From NCBI GenBank assembly GCA_965203895.1, contig CBDBDI010000003.1:200584-264583 (forward strand): 64,000 nt of DNA, written 5' to 3'. The DNA is from Dehalococcoidia bacterium. Its GTDB lineage: Bacteria > Chloroflexota > Dehalococcoidia > Lucifugimonadales > JADFKI01. A model generated the notes under the pieces. The model was not told where the DNA came from. It was given only the letters and a program-made list of their open reading frames with translations, and made no database searches. Numbering within the stretch: the stretch's first letter is position 1; every line of letters begins with the position of its first letter. Of this stretch, positions 26,217-36,000 are shown in pieces. The translations under genes and the position numbers were made by a program.

Positions 26217-26543
26217 GTGCCTGATAGGGATGGCGGTGATGTTTGGGGTAAGAGACAAATATCTTGGGTTGGGAGCGCTGCGCTGCTAGTTAGAGTTAGG
26301 CTTTTTGCGAGCTACAAAGAGAAGGCGGGCAGGTCGGATATTGAGCTGAGCCTGCAGGCGGGCGCGACGGTGCGGGATGCGGTGCGGGAAACGCTGCGGC
26401 TGTATCCGGCAGTTACGCAGGATGGCTCGCGTCTGATGATTGCGGTGAATCAGGAATACCAGGCGCATGATTATGCGCTTTCGGACGGGGACGAAGTGGC
26501 GCTTATTCCGCCTGTGAGCGGCGGGTGTTCGGCGACATTTTGA
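26217..26543 (+). CDS. moaD: MoaD/ThiS-family sulfur carrier with a 5-residue extension after the Gly-Gly
   Basis: VRVRLFASYKEKAGRSDIELSL..GDEVALIPPVSGG followed by CSATF*. The start is uncertain: GTG 26217 is the nearest in-frame start upstream of the domain, and the ORF-track start at 26163 coincides with a -10-like tggtataat. Confidence 0.65.
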   Translation: MPDRDGGDVWGKRQISWVGSAALLVRVRLFASYKEKAGRSDIELSLQAGATVRDAVRETLRLYPAVTQDGSRLMIAVNQEYQAHDYALSDGDEVALIPPVSGGCSATF

Positions 26544-26581
26544 GAACGCAAAGGCGCAAGCGCGCAAAGACTGCAAAGGCG
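26543..26581 (+). repeat. Dispersed octamer-periodic repeat
   Basis: agaacgcaaaggcgcaagcgcgcaaagactgcaaaggcg, beginning at the moaD stop codon. Confidence 0.75.
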
Positions 26582-26589
26582 TTGGGGTT

Positions 26590-27042
26590 ATGATACAGAT
26601 TACATATGAGGCGCTGTGTCCGGATGCGATAACGGCGGGGGTTAGGCGGGACGGCAACGGCGCGGTGGTTACTTTTCTGGGGTCGACGCGCGATTCTACG
26701 GGCGAGCGCAGAGTGCTGCATCTGGAGTATGAGGCGTATCGGCCGATGGCGGACAATCAGTTGGCGCGCATTGCGGCCGAGATACGCGAGCGGTGGGGGA
26801 TAACGGATGCGGCGATAGCGCATCGGCTGGGGCGGCTCGAGATAGGCGATGTGAGTTTAGTGGTGGCGGTGGCGTCGCCGCATCGCAAAGAGGCGTTTGA
26901 GGCGTGCGCCTACGCGATAGACCGCATCAAGCAGATTGTGCCGATATGGAAGAAAGAGTTCTTTGAGGGCGGCGAGGTTTGGGTTGGCAGCCAAGAGGAT
27001 GCGCGCGCCAAGCGGGGCGAGGCGGCGGCGGCGGGGTCGTAG
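26590..27042 (+). CDS. moaE: Molybdopterin synthase catalytic subunit
   Basis: GAVVTFLGSTRD..LEYEAYRPMA..AIAHRLGRLEIGDVSLVVAVASPHRKEAFEACAYAIDRIKQIVPIWKKE. Confidence 0.85.
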   Translation: MIQITYEALCPDAITAGVRRDGNGAVVTFLGSTRDSTGERRVLHLEYEAYRPMADNQLARIAAEIRERWGITDAAIAHRLGRLEIGDVSLVVAVASPHRKEAFEACAYAIDRIKQIVPIWKKEFFEGGEVWVGSQEDARAKRGEAAAAGS

Positions 27043-27105
27043 CGCAATTGCCCCATATCTCGATCGCAGGGGTAGCGGCGCGCGGGCGGTCGACTGCGCC
27101 GCGGG

Positions 27106-27150
27106 CTTGCGCTGCAAATCTGCGTTAATTCGCATATCTTTGCGTTAGAG
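27106..27150 (-). repeat. Degenerate inverted copy of the dispersed repeat
   Basis: cttgcgctgcaaatctgcgttaattcgcatatctttgcgttagag contains ctttgcgtta and ctgcgttaa, the reverse complements of taacgcaaag and ttaacgcag. Confidence 0.4.
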
Positions 27151-27325
27151 TAACGATATTCGTTGCTCTAACGGTCTTTTATGCGCGGAATTCTTTGATA
27201 TGGCGCATACGCTTGTGGGAATCCAAAACATTGTCTTAGATAGTTCCGAAAATCACAATGTTTATGATTGCCAAGTTTGATTGGCGTCTGCTATATTTAT
27301 GTATCAAACTTGGACGGGCGCAGAC

Positions 27326-27417
27326 GGAGGGATCGCATAGAGGTCTAGTGCGGCCGCCTGCTAAGCGGTTAGGGTGCGAAAACGCCCTCATGGGTTCGAA
27401 TCCCATTCCCTCCGCCA
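27326..27417 (+). tRNA. tRNA-Ser (anticodon GCT)
   Basis: Acceptor GGAGGGA/TCCCTCC, anticodon arm GCCGC-CTGCTAA-GCGGT, long variable arm AGGGTGCGAAAACGCCCTC, T-loop GGTTCGAATCC, encoded CCA. Confidence 0.9.
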
Positions 27418-27478
27418 TATTCGCAGTTCACCCGAATTTCACTCCGATTTCACCCTGACATTGAGCGAAGTTTCACAA

Positions 27479-28777
27479 ATGGACGGATACTACATTTGGA
27501 CTGTGGGCTGCCAGATGAACAAGGCGGATTCGGAGCGTCTTGAGAGCGCACTGGGTCAGCTGGGGCTTGCGGCGCGCCAATCGCCGCAGGATGCGGATGT
27601 GGTGGTACTGAATAGCTGCGTTGTGCGGCAGAGCGCCGAGGATAGGGTTGTGGGGATGATGACCAGCCTGAAGCCGCTGAAGCATGGCAGTCCGGACAAG
27701 GTTGTGGCGCTGATGGGCTGCATGGTGGGGCCGCAGACGGCGGCGCTGGAGAAGCGCTTCCCGTATGTGGATGTGTTTATGCGGCCGCAGCAGTATGAGC
27801 CGCTGATCGAGTTGCTGGGCGAGCGAATGGGCGTCGATCCTGAGGGGTGCGTGGGCCCGCTGACGGCGCGCGCCGATGTGGCGACCTATATTCCGATTAT
27901 TCACGGGTGCGACAAATTTTGCACGTTTTGCATCATCCCCTATAGGCGCGGCAGGGAGGTCAGCCGTCCGGTGGGCGAGATTGCGCGCGAGGCGGAGATG
28001 TTGGTTCAGCGCGGCGTGAAAGAGGTTACGCTGCTGGGGCAGAATGTTGATTCGTATGGACACGATTTGCCCGGCGATGTGGATTTGGGCGATCTGCTTA
28101 GGGCGGTGAACGATGTGCGCGGGCTTGAGCGCGTGCGCTTTCTGACTTCGCATCCGAATGATATGAGCGATCATATTATTGATTCTGTGGCGGAGTTGGA
28201 CAAGGTGTGCGAGCATATCAACCTGCCGTTTCAGGCGGGGGACGACGGCGTGCTGGCGGATATGCGGCGGGGCTATACCAACGATGATTATCGGCGCCTA
28301 ATAGATAAGATACGCGCGCGAATTCCGCGGGTGTCGCTGAGCACGGATGTCATCGTGGGCTTCTGCGGCGAAACGGACGCTCAGTTCCGCGAAACGCTTT
28401 CGCTCATTCGGGACATCCGCTTCGACAAGGTGCATGCGGCGGCGTACTCCACGCGCGAGGGGACGATAGCGGCGCGCATGCTGACCGACGATGTGCCGCA
28501 GGACGAAAAGAAGGCGCGCTTGAAAGAGCTTGAGCGTCTGCAAGAGGGGATAGCCGCCGAAATCAACGCGGCGCTTTTGGGGGAAAGCGTTGAGGCGCTG
28601 ATCGAGGGGCGACGGAAGGGCAAGTGGTTCGGGCGCAATCGCAACGATAAGCTTGTGTTCGTCAACGGCGACGGGGTCGACGACGTAGATACGGGGCGGG
28701 ATATGTCGGGCGAACTGGTCAGCGTCAGCGTTGAAAAGACGGGTCCCTGGTCTCTACAGGGCAGGATTATGCCCTGA
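27479..28777 (+). CDS. miaB: tRNA-2-methylthio-N6-dimethylallyladenosine synthase (radical SAM methylthiotransferase)
   Basis: MDGYYIWTVGCQMNKADSE..VVLNSCVVRQSAE, radical-SAM cluster GCDKFCTFCIIPYRRG, C-terminal TRAM-like end. ORF-track codons upstream of ATG 27479 overlap the tRNA. Confidence 0.85.
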   Translation: MDGYYIWTVGCQMNKADSERLESALGQLGLAARQSPQDADVVVLNSCVVRQSAEDRVVGMMTSLKPLKHGSPDKVVALMGCMVGPQTAALEKRFPYVDVFMRPQQYEPLIELLGERMGVDPEGCVGPLTARADVATYIPIIHGCDKFCTFCIIPYRRGREVSRPVGEIAREAEMLVQRGVKEVTLLGQNVDSYGHDLPGDVDLGDLLRAVNDVRGLERVRFLTSHPNDMSDHIIDSVAELDKVCEHINLPFQAGDDGVLADMRRGYTNDDYRRLIDKIRARIPRVSLSTDVIVGFCGETDAQFRETLSLIRDIRFDKVHAAAYSTREGTIAARMLTDDVPQDEKKARLKELERLQEGIAAEINAALLGESVEALIEGRRKGKWFGRNRNDKLVFVNGDGVDDVDTGRDMSGELVSVSVEKTGPWSLQGRIMP

Positions 28778-28813
28778 CGCCCAACGGCGATAGGCGCATC
28801 AACGGAGGGAGTT

Positions 28814-30022
28814 ATGGTTGTTAAAGAACGAACACCGACCATACCTATTACCGAAATCGAGCAGTCGGCGTTCTGCCGTACTGACGATGAGCTTAGCGCC
28901 AAATCGCTTGAGGATGAATTCAACGCCGGCGTGCGCTGGCAGCGGCTGCCGGTGAGTTATATGCGAATGTCCCCGGCGGAGCTGGACGAGCGCATCGCGG
29001 CGGCTAGGGCGAAGTTAGGCGATAGCGCGGTGGTGCTGGGGCATCATTATCAGCGCGATGAGATAATAAAGTACGCCGATTACCGAGGGGATTCGTTCAA
29101 CCTGTCGCAGTTCGCCGCATCGCAAGCCGCCGCCGAGTATATTATCTTCTGCGGCGTTCACTTTATGGCGGAAACGGCTGACATCCTCAGTGCCGCCAAT
29201 CAGCAAGTCATACTGCCGAATCTCACCGCGGGCTGCTCTATGGCGGATATGGCGCGTATCGACGATGTGTTGGACTGCTGGGACGATCTGCAGGATACGC
29301 TGGGGGACGACGGCGCTATCATTCCCATCACATATATGAACTCCACGGCGGCAATCAAGGCGCACTGCGGGCGCAACGGCGGGATAGTCTGCACATCGTC
29401 TAACGCCCCCGCCACATTCCGCTGGGCGCTGGAGCGGGGCAAGCGCATACTGTTTCTGCCGGACCAGCATCTAGGCAGAAACACTGGCCTGCGAATGGGC
29501 ATCGGCTTGGAAGAGATGGTCGTGTGGAACCCTTTCAAGCCGCTGGGGGGGAACACAGAGGCGGACTTGCGGCGGGCGCGCCTGATTTTGTGGCAGGGAC
29601 ACTGCTCGGTTCACACGCGCTTCACCACGCAGCAGATCGAGCAAGCGCGGCAGGCGTATCCGAATGTCCACGTGGTAGTCCATCCCGAATGTACGATGGA
29701 CGTGGTGCAGGCGGCGGACTCCAACGGCTCTACCGAATACATCAAGAAACTGGTGAACGATGCGGCGGCGGGCAGCGTGATAGCGGTGGGGACTGAGATT
29801 AGCATGGTGAATCGGCTGGCGGCCGAAAACCCGAACAAGCGGATATTCTGCTTGGATTCGGTGGTGTGTCCATGCTCTACGATGTATCGGATACACCCGG
29901 CGTACTTGAGCTGGGTATTGGACGGGCTCAACGAAGGCGTGGTGGTGAACCGCATAAGCGTCGACGCGGACACGGCGGAGCAGGCGCGGGTTTCGCTGGA
30001 TAGGATGCTGGCGGTGGTGTAG
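28814..30022 (+). CDS. nadA: Quinolinate synthase
   Basis: VVLGHHYQRDEIIKYADYRGDSFNLSQ..FCGVHFMAETADIL..CSMADM..HPEC..CPCSTMY. Confidence 0.85.
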   Translation: MVVKERTPTIPITEIEQSAFCRTDDELSAKSLEDEFNAGVRWQRLPVSYMRMSPAELDERIAAARAKLGDSAVVLGHHYQRDEIIKYADYRGDSFNLSQFAASQAAAEYIIFCGVHFMAETADILSAANQQVILPNLTAGCSMADMARIDDVLDCWDDLQDTLGDDGAIIPITYMNSTAAIKAHCGRNGGIVCTSSNAPATFRWALERGKRILFLPDQHLGRNTGLRMGIGLEEMVVWNPFKPLGGNTEADLRRARLILWQGHCSVHTRFTTQQIEQARQAYPNVHVVVHPECTMDVVQAADSNGSTEYIKKLVNDAAAGSVIAVGTEISMVNRLAAENPNKRIFCLDSVVCPCSTMYRIHPAYLSWVLDGLNEGVVVNRISVDADTAEQARVSLDRMLAVV

Positions 30023-30119
30023 CGCGAATGACTGCGCCGCTATTCTCGACTTATGCGCCGGGCGAAAATCGCGTTGCCGCCACGTTGCTTGCCGTCTTGG
30101 AACGGCTACGGAGTCGTCG

Positions 30120-30980
30120 ATGTTCCATATGACCCCCGACGCCGAAGCGCTGATAGACAGGGCGCTGTCCGAAGATCTGTCTATCGGCGATCCCACCACG
30201 GACATCCTGATACCCGATGATATGCGGGGACAAGCGGACTTTGTGGCAAAGGAAGCGGGGGCGCTCGCGGGCGTCGATGTGGCGCTTGCGGTGTGCATAC
30301 GGGTGGACGGCTCGCTGGCGGTCGATGCGTTTATGCGGGACGGCGGTGCGCTGAATCCTGGCGATGTCATCGCGCGCGTATCGGGGCGAATGGCGTCCAT
30401 ACTGAAGGCGGAACGCACGGCGCTGAACTTCATTCGGCGGCTGTCGGGCATAGCCACAGTTACGGCGGCGTATGTGAGCGCCGTAGAGGGCTATCCCACG
30501 CGCATTGTGGACACGCGCAAGACTACGCCGGGGCTGCGCGCATTGGAAAAGTACGCCGTCAGAATGGGCGGCGGGCATAACCATCGACAGAACCTGGGCG
30601 ACGGCATTCTGATTAAAGACAATCATATTCAGGCGCTTGCGGGGCTTGGAATGAGCCTTGGGGATGTGGTGCGAAAGGCGAACAGCGAAAAATCGCACAC
30701 CATTAACGTCGAGGTGGAAGTGGAGGATATGGCGCAGGTTGAAGAGGCGCTTGATGCGGGCGCTCGGCTCATTCTGCTGGACAATATGGATGCTGAAGAG
30801 ATGGCGGCGGCGGTTGCGGTTGCACGCGGCAGAGCGGTTACGGAAGCGTCCGGGAATATCACGCTAAAGACGGTGCGCGCGGCGGCGGCGGCGGGCGTTG
30901 ACATCATCTCGGTGGGCGCGCTGACGCACTCGTCGGGCGCTTTGGACATAAGCCTTGACCTTGCGCGCGTGAACGATTGA
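30120..30980 (+). CDS. nadC: Nicotinate-nucleotide pyrophosphorylase (carboxylating)
   Basis: ALSEDLSIGDPTT, ERTALNFIRRLSGIAT, DTRKTTPGLRALEKYAVRMGGGHNHR, LLDNM. Confidence 0.85.
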   Translation: MFHMTPDAEALIDRALSEDLSIGDPTTDILIPDDMRGQADFVAKEAGALAGVDVALAVCIRVDGSLAVDAFMRDGGALNPGDVIARVSGRMASILKAERTALNFIRRLSGIATVTAAYVSAVEGYPTRIVDTRKTTPGLRALEKYAVRMGGGHNHRQNLGDGILIKDNHIQALAGLGMSLGDVVRKANSEKSHTINVEVEVEDMAQVEEALDAGARLILLDNMDAEEMAAAVAVARGRAVTEASGNITLKTVRAAAAAGVDIISVGALTHSSGALDISLDLARVND

Positions 30981-32275
30981 AGGGCGCAAGGCTGCTCATC
31001 GGCATAGTGGCGCTTGTTCTGCCGCTTGCCGCTTCATATGTTATAGCCGATGTTCGCCCGCGCGCCGCGCCTGCGGTGAACCTCATTGCCTTTGTGGACG
31101 CCGACGGCGCGGTAAAGACGATGCTGCCCGACGGTTCGGGCGTCAGACGGATAAGCCCATCGGTCGAGGGTTTCTTCACATGGCCCACCTGGTCGCCGGA
31201 CGCGCGGACGCTGGCGTATTCGGGCGTGGTGAACGCCGACGGCGCGGCGCAGCTGAACTTGTACGCCGCCGAACTAGATAGCAGCGGCGACGATGGCGGC
31301 GAGCTGCATAAGGTAATCTATGCGGCGGAGCCGGGCGATGTGGGCTTGCTGGCGCAGGGCGTCATACACTATCCGCTGTGGTCGCCGGACGGGACGCATT
31401 TAGCGTTCATCGCCGCATCGTCGGACGGACTGAGCCTGTACATCGACGACCTTAGCGACGACCCCGGCGCGCTTCATCTGCTCGACGACGGGCCGCTATG
31501 GATGTCGTGGTCTGACGACGGCGCTGCGCTTGCGGTTCACCGCGGTTCCGATCACTTTCTGGTGGACGCGCGGGACGGGTTTCGGGTAAGCGAGTTGGAT
31601 ATTGCGGCGCAAGGGTATCGCGTTCCGGCGTGGAAGCCGTCTGCCAACGCTATCACGGTGTTGGCGGGGGACGGCGTGTCGACGGTGAATGTGTCCGCCG
31701 ATGGAGTGGCGGAAGCGCCCACGCCGCTGAGGGACGCGCGCGGCGATGCGGCGTTTCTGTGGTCGCCTTCGGGGGCGCATCTTGCGGTTTCGGACGCCGC
31801 GCGGCGCTTCTTGTATCGGGGCGCCGTTATGTCGGCGTATCGGCGGCTTGCGATAGCGTCGGAGTCTGCGCCTCATAGCGCGGATGAGATCCGTCAGCCG
31901 ATACTTGCGTTCTTTTGGTCGCCGGACGGTTCGCGCTTGGCGTACATTACGCTGTCCGATACGGAAGGGGCGCTGCGCTGTATCGTGGTGGATATGGACA
32001 GCCGCGAGCGCCGCTCCGCATTGGACTTCGTGCCGTCGCCGGAGCAGCAGACCTTGTTTCAGTTCTTCGATCAATACGCCTACTCGCATAGCGTCTGGTC
32101 GCCGGACAGCGCGAACCTGGTGTTTGCCGGCAACGTCGTGGGGAATGCGGCGACGGCGTCGGGCCGGGCGCATCCGGGGCATCGTGGGTTTCATATCATC
32201 GTGGCGGATGCAGATGGCGCATCTACGCCGCAGCTTGTGGGCGAAGGGATTATGGGGTTTTGGTCGCCGCGCTAG
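30977..32275 (+). CDS. PD40/TolB-like beta-propeller repeat protein with an N-terminal signal/anchor
   Basis: Repeated WSPD motifs (WSPDARTLAY, WSPDGTHLAF, WSPSGAHLAV, WSPDGSRLAY, WSPDSANLVF). The TTG start overlaps the nadC stop (TTGA). Confidence 0.7.
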   Translation: MKGARLLIGIVALVLPLAASYVIADVRPRAAPAVNLIAFVDADGAVKTMLPDGSGVRRISPSVEGFFTWPTWSPDARTLAYSGVVNADGAAQLNLYAAELDSSGDDGGELHKVIYAAEPGDVGLLAQGVIHYPLWSPDGTHLAFIAASSDGLSLYIDDLSDDPGALHLLDDGPLWMSWSDDGAALAVHRGSDHFLVDARDGFRVSELDIAAQGYRVPAWKPSANAITVLAGDGVSTVNVSADGVAEAPTPLRDARGDAAFLWSPSGAHLAVSDAARRFLYRGAVMSAYRRLAIASESAPHSADEIRQPILAFFWSPDGSRLAYITLSDTEGALRCIVVDMDSRERRSALDFVPSPEQQTLFQFFDQYAYSHSVWSPDSANLVFAGNVVGNAATASGRAHPGHRGFHIIVADADGASTPQLVGEGIMGFWSPR

Positions 32276-32331
32276 ACGCTTTCTAACGCCTTTTCGCGCA
32301 CAGGCTCTAGGGGCGAAAAGCGCGAGGGATT

Positions 32332-32351
32332 GGGCGCAAAGGCGCAAGGCG
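32332..32351 (+). repeat. Partial copy of the dispersed repeat
   Basis: gggcgcaaaggcgcaaggcg. Confidence 0.4.
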
Positions 32352-32381
32352 TGATAGAATAGGGTTAGGGAGGTTGCGCGT

Positions 32382-33845
32382 ATGAGCAGCAGGATGCGCG
32401 TGCGATTTGCGCCAAGTCCGACGGGCGAGCCGCATGTGGGCAATATACGCACGGCGATATTCGATTGGCTTTTGGCGCGGCGGCACGGCGGCGATTTCAT
32501 TGTTCGCATAGAAGACACGGATCAGAAGCGCGCCGTAGATGGCACGTCTGAGGTCATCCTAGAGGCGCTGAAGTGGTTGGGCATAGATTGGGATGAAGGT
32601 CCGGGCGTGGGCGGGCCGCACGCCCCCTATCGGCAGTCGCGGCGGCTAGAACTCTACCAAGACGCCGCCGATAAACTGCTGCGGGAAGGGTTCGCCTACA
32701 AGTGCTACTGCAGCGTCGAGCGCCTGGATGTTGCGCGAAAAGCGCGTTCGAAAGGCGAAAGCGGCTATGACTGCCACTGCCGCAATCTGATTGACGCTGA
32801 GCGGCAGGCGCTTGCGGCGAATGGGGACGCGACGGCGGTGCGCTTCAAGATGCCTACGGACGGAACCACGACGGTGAACGACCTGATACGGGGGGATGTT
32901 ACCTTCGAGAATCGGCTTGTGGATGACTTCGTGATGCTGAAGTCGGACGGCTTCCCGACGTATCATCTGGCGCATATGATTGACGACCGCGCAATGGGGA
33001 TAACGCATGTGCTGCGCGGCGAAGAGTGGCTGCCAAGCGCGCCGCGCCATCTGCGCTTGTATGAGGCGATGGGATGGCAACCGCCGCTGTTCGCGCATCT
33101 GCCCATCATACTTGCGTCGGATCGCTCCAAGCTCAGCAAGCGGCACGGCGCAACATCGCTGCTAGACTATCGGCGGATGGGCTATCTGCCGCATGCCTTG
33201 CTCAATTTCCTTACGCTTATCGGCTGGTCTTTGGACGATAAGACTGAGCTTTTCACGAGGGACGAACTGATAACGAACTTCTCCATAGAGCGCATATCCA
33301 AGGCGAGCGCGATATTCAACACGGACAAGCTTGACTGGATGAACGGCCACTACATTCGCGAGATGAGCGCGGCCGATCTGGCGGATGAGCTGCTCGACTT
33401 CTGGGCTGCCTACCCGCCGCCGGAGATAGCCGAGTTGCCTGAGCGCGGCTTGGCGCTGCAGATAGCGCCGCTGGTACAGGAACGGCTCAAGACTTTGCGG
33501 GACGCCGCGCCACTGGTGGCGTTTCTGTTCAAGGACGAAATCGAGTATGACGCCGCGGATCTGGTTCAGCGCGGGATGGACGCCGCGGGGACGCGCCAAA
33601 GCCTTGCGGCGGCGCGCGACGGATTGGCGGCGCTGCCGGCGTTCACGGCGGATCCGATAGAAGCGCTGCTGCGCGGTATGGCTAAGCAGCGCGGTATGAA
33701 AGCGGGGCAGCTTTTTGGGGCGCTGCGCGTGGCGACCACGGGACAGAGAGTAGCGCCGCCGTTGTTCCAATCGATGGAAGTGCAGGGCAGAGAGCGTAGC
33801 CTCAGTCTGATAGACGCGGCGATTGAACGGCTTGTGAGTGTGTGA
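32382..33845 (+). CDS. gltX: Glutamate--tRNA ligase
   Basis: RVRFAPSPTGEPHVGNIRTA (HIGH motif), IVRIEDTDQKR, SKLSKRHG (KMSKS motif). Confidence 0.9.
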   Translation: MSSRMRVRFAPSPTGEPHVGNIRTAIFDWLLARRHGGDFIVRIEDTDQKRAVDGTSEVILEALKWLGIDWDEGPGVGGPHAPYRQSRRLELYQDAADKLLREGFAYKCYCSVERLDVARKARSKGESGYDCHCRNLIDAERQALAANGDATAVRFKMPTDGTTTVNDLIRGDVTFENRLVDDFVMLKSDGFPTYHLAHMIDDRAMGITHVLRGEEWLPSAPRHLRLYEAMGWQPPLFAHLPIILASDRSKLSKRHGATSLLDYRRMGYLPHALLNFLTLIGWSLDDKTELFTRDELITNFSIERISKASAIFNTDKLDWMNGHYIREMSAADLADELLDFWAAYPPPEIAELPERGLALQIAPLVQERLKTLRDAAPLVAFLFKDEIEYDAADLVQRGMDAAGTRQSLAAARDGLAALPAFTADPIEALLRGMAKQRGMKAGQLFGALRVATTGQRVAPPLFQSMEVQGRERSLSLIDAAIERLVSV

Positions 33846-33913
33846 TTAACCCGTAACCCGCCGCCCCGCTTTGCTTGAATGCAAGCGGGGCAGGCGCAGT
33901 TAGGTGCGACGCT

Positions 33914-34366
33914 ATGACACTGAAAGACAGACTGAACGATGACCTAAAAGACGCGATGCGTAGCCGCGATACGCTTAAGCGCAACACCATACGCCTGCTG
34001 CTGTCCGCGATAGGCTATGAAGAGATAGCGCGGAAGCAGGGGGACTTGGACGATGACGCAATTACGCAGGTGCTGACCAAGCAGGCGCAGCAGCGGCGGG
34101 ACAGCATAGAGGCTTATGCAAAGGGCGGACGCGCGGACCTTGTGGCGCAGGAAAAGGCTGAGCTTGCGATAGTTTCGGCGTATCTGCCGTCGCCGCTGTC
34201 CGCCGAAGAGATAGGCGCAATCGTGGATGCGGCGATAGCGGACGCCGGGGCAAGCGGCCCGCAGGATATGGGCAAAGTGATGGGCAGGATTATGCCGCAG
34301 GTCAGAGGGCGCGCCGACGGACGGCAGGTGAGCGCGCTGGTGAATCAGCGGCTTCGCGGGGCGTGA
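33914..34366 (+). CDS. GatB/YqeY domain-containing protein
   Basis: [33 protein letters not shown]...[25 protein letters not shown]. Confidence 0.8.
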   Translation: MTLKDRLNDDLKDAMRSRDTLKRNTIRLLLSAIGYEEIARKQGDLDDDAITQVLTKQAQQRRDSIEAYAKGGRADLVAQEKAELAIVSAYLPSPLSAEEIGAIVDAAIADAGASGPQDMGKVMGRIMPQVRGRADGRQVSALVNQRLRGA

Positions 34367-34370
34367 GCGA

Positions 34371-35096
34371 ATGAAGTTCGGCGTTGTGGTGTTCCCCGGC
34401 ACATGGAGCGATGTGGACTGCTTCGATGCGCTGCGGGACGCGCTTGGGCAGCCGGTAGGGTATGTGTGGCACAAAGACGCGGATCTTTCGGGATATGATT
34501 GCGTCGTACTGCCGGGCGGCTTCTCATACGGCGATTATCTGCGCCCCGGGGCGATAGCGCGCTTTTCGCCGGCGATGCGCGCGGTAGCCGATTTCGCGGC
34601 GCAGGGCAAGCCGGTTATCGGCATATGCAACGGCTTTCAGATCTTGTGCGAAGCGGGACTGCTGCCGGGCGCGCTGCTGCCCAACGCCCACCTGCAGTTT
34701 CGCTGCCAATGGACGACGCTGCGTGTGGAAAACGCCGATACGCCGTTCACGAATGCCGCCGCCGCGGAACAGACTTTGCGGGTTCCCATATCGCACGGCG
34801 AAGGCAACTACTTCGCGGACGCCGCTACGATCGAGGCGCTTGAGGCGAACAACCGCATCGCCTTCCGCTACTGCGCGCCCGATGGGGCGGTAACCGCGGA
34901 CGCCAACCCCAACGGCTCGATTAGAAACATCGCGGGCGTGCTGAACGAAAGCGGCAATGTGCTGGGAATGATGCCGCACCCTGAGCGCTGCTGCGATGCG
35001 CTGCTGGGCGGCGAAGACGGCAAGGTGATATTTCAGTCCATCATAGACGCATTAAGCGCGCCGGGGGCTAAGCGCGTCAACGGAGTGAGCGGCTGA
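34371..35096 (+). CDS. purQ: Phosphoribosylformylglycinamidine synthase, glutaminase subunit
   Basis: [52 protein letters not shown]. Confidence 0.9.
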   Translation: MKFGVVVFPGTWSDVDCFDALRDALGQPVGYVWHKDADLSGYDCVVLPGGFSYGDYLRPGAIARFSPAMRAVADFAAQGKPVIGICNGFQILCEAGLLPGALLPNAHLQFRCQWTTLRVENADTPFTNAAAAEQTLRVPISHGEGNYFADAATIEALEANNRIAFRYCAPDGAVTADANPNGSIRNIAGVLNESGNVLGMMPHPERCCDALLGGEDGKVIFQSIIDALSAPGAKRVNGVSG

Positions 35097-35518
35097 TGCT
35101 GGGCGCGGCGCTGGCGTTGGCGGCGGCGCTTGGGTTCGGCGCAAGCGCGGTGTTCGCGCGCATCGGGCTGCAGCATATGCGCCCCACCACCGGGGCGTTC
35201 ATATCGCTGCTAGTGGGCATCGCGGTTACGCTGACGATTGCGCTTGTGTTTCACTTGGACGACATTCTGGCGCTTGGCGGGATAGCGTTTGCGTGGTTCT
35301 TGCTGTCCGGCACGCTGAACTTCCCGCTTGGGCGGCTGCTAAACTTCACAAGCGTGAACAAGATAGGCGTTGCGCGCAGCGCCCCGATAGTGGGGGCGTC
35401 GCCGCTGTTCGCCGCGATACTGGCGGTAACGCTGGGCGGCGAAAGCATGAACCTGTACATATTCGCCGGCACGCTGGTAATCATCGGCGGCATTGCGCTG
35501 ATTGTTGGGCAGAAATGA
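35096..35518 (+). CDS. EamA-domain (DMT superfamily) half-size transporter subunit
   Basis: 140 aa with about 4-5 TM helices (GFGASAVFARIGLQHM...ARSAPIVGASPLFAAILAV). The start overlaps the purQ stop. Confidence 0.7.
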   Translation: MLGAALALAAALGFGASAVFARIGLQHMRPTTGAFISLLVGIAVTLTIALVFHLDDILALGGIAFAWFLLSGTLNFPLGRLLNFTSVNKIGVARSAPIVGASPLFAAILAVTLGGESMNLYIFAGTLVIIGGIALIVGQK

Positions 35519-35982
35519 CGATAGGCGGCATCGCAAAGCGCGAGGCGATCATCGGCTACGGCGCCGCCATCGGCGCGGCGGCGTGCTACGGCACTCTGGC
35601 GGTGCTTGGGCGCAAAATCGTCAGCGATGTCGCGCCGCCGCTGGTAGCCAATTCGTTCTCAATGATACTGGGAACGCTGGTGCTGGTAATCGTCTTTCAA
35701 GGGCAGATACGCGCCGATTACCGGGTGCGCCCGTCGTGGAAGGGATGGCTTTTCGTGGCGCTTGCGGGCGGCGCATCCACTTGGGGCGTTACATTCTGGT
35801 TCCTGGCGCTGGGCGAAGCGCCCGCCATTCTGGTAGCGCCGCTCGCCGCGACGCATCCGCTATTCTCCGTGCTGCTGACGCTGGCGTTTCTGCGCGGAAT
35901 GGAGCGCGTAACCGCAAGAACGTTGATAGGCGCGCTGCTTGTAGTGGGCGGCGTGGCGCTGATAACACTGGGCATAGAATAG
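35515..35982 (+). CDS. EamA-domain (DMT superfamily) half-size transporter subunit
   Basis: 155 aa from ATG 35515 (ATGA overlap with the previous stop): AIGAAACYGTLAVLGRKIV...ILVAPLAATHPLFSVLLT. Confidence 0.7.
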   Translation: MTIGGIAKREAIIGYGAAIGAAACYGTLAVLGRKIVSDVAPPLVANSFSMILGTLVLVIVFQGQIRADYRVRPSWKGWLFVALAGGASTWGVTFWFLALGEAPAILVAPLAATHPLFSVLLTLAFLRGMERVTARTLIGALLVVGGVALITLGIE

Positions 35983-36000
35983 GTCAGGATTAGCGAAACG

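Noticed and set aside
26141-26290. A molybdenum-cofactor riboswitch upstream of moaD.
   Set aside because: I could not recognise the conserved Moco-motif helices or sequence blocks by eye. Only a -10-like tggtataat is present. A covariance-model scan would be needed to decide.
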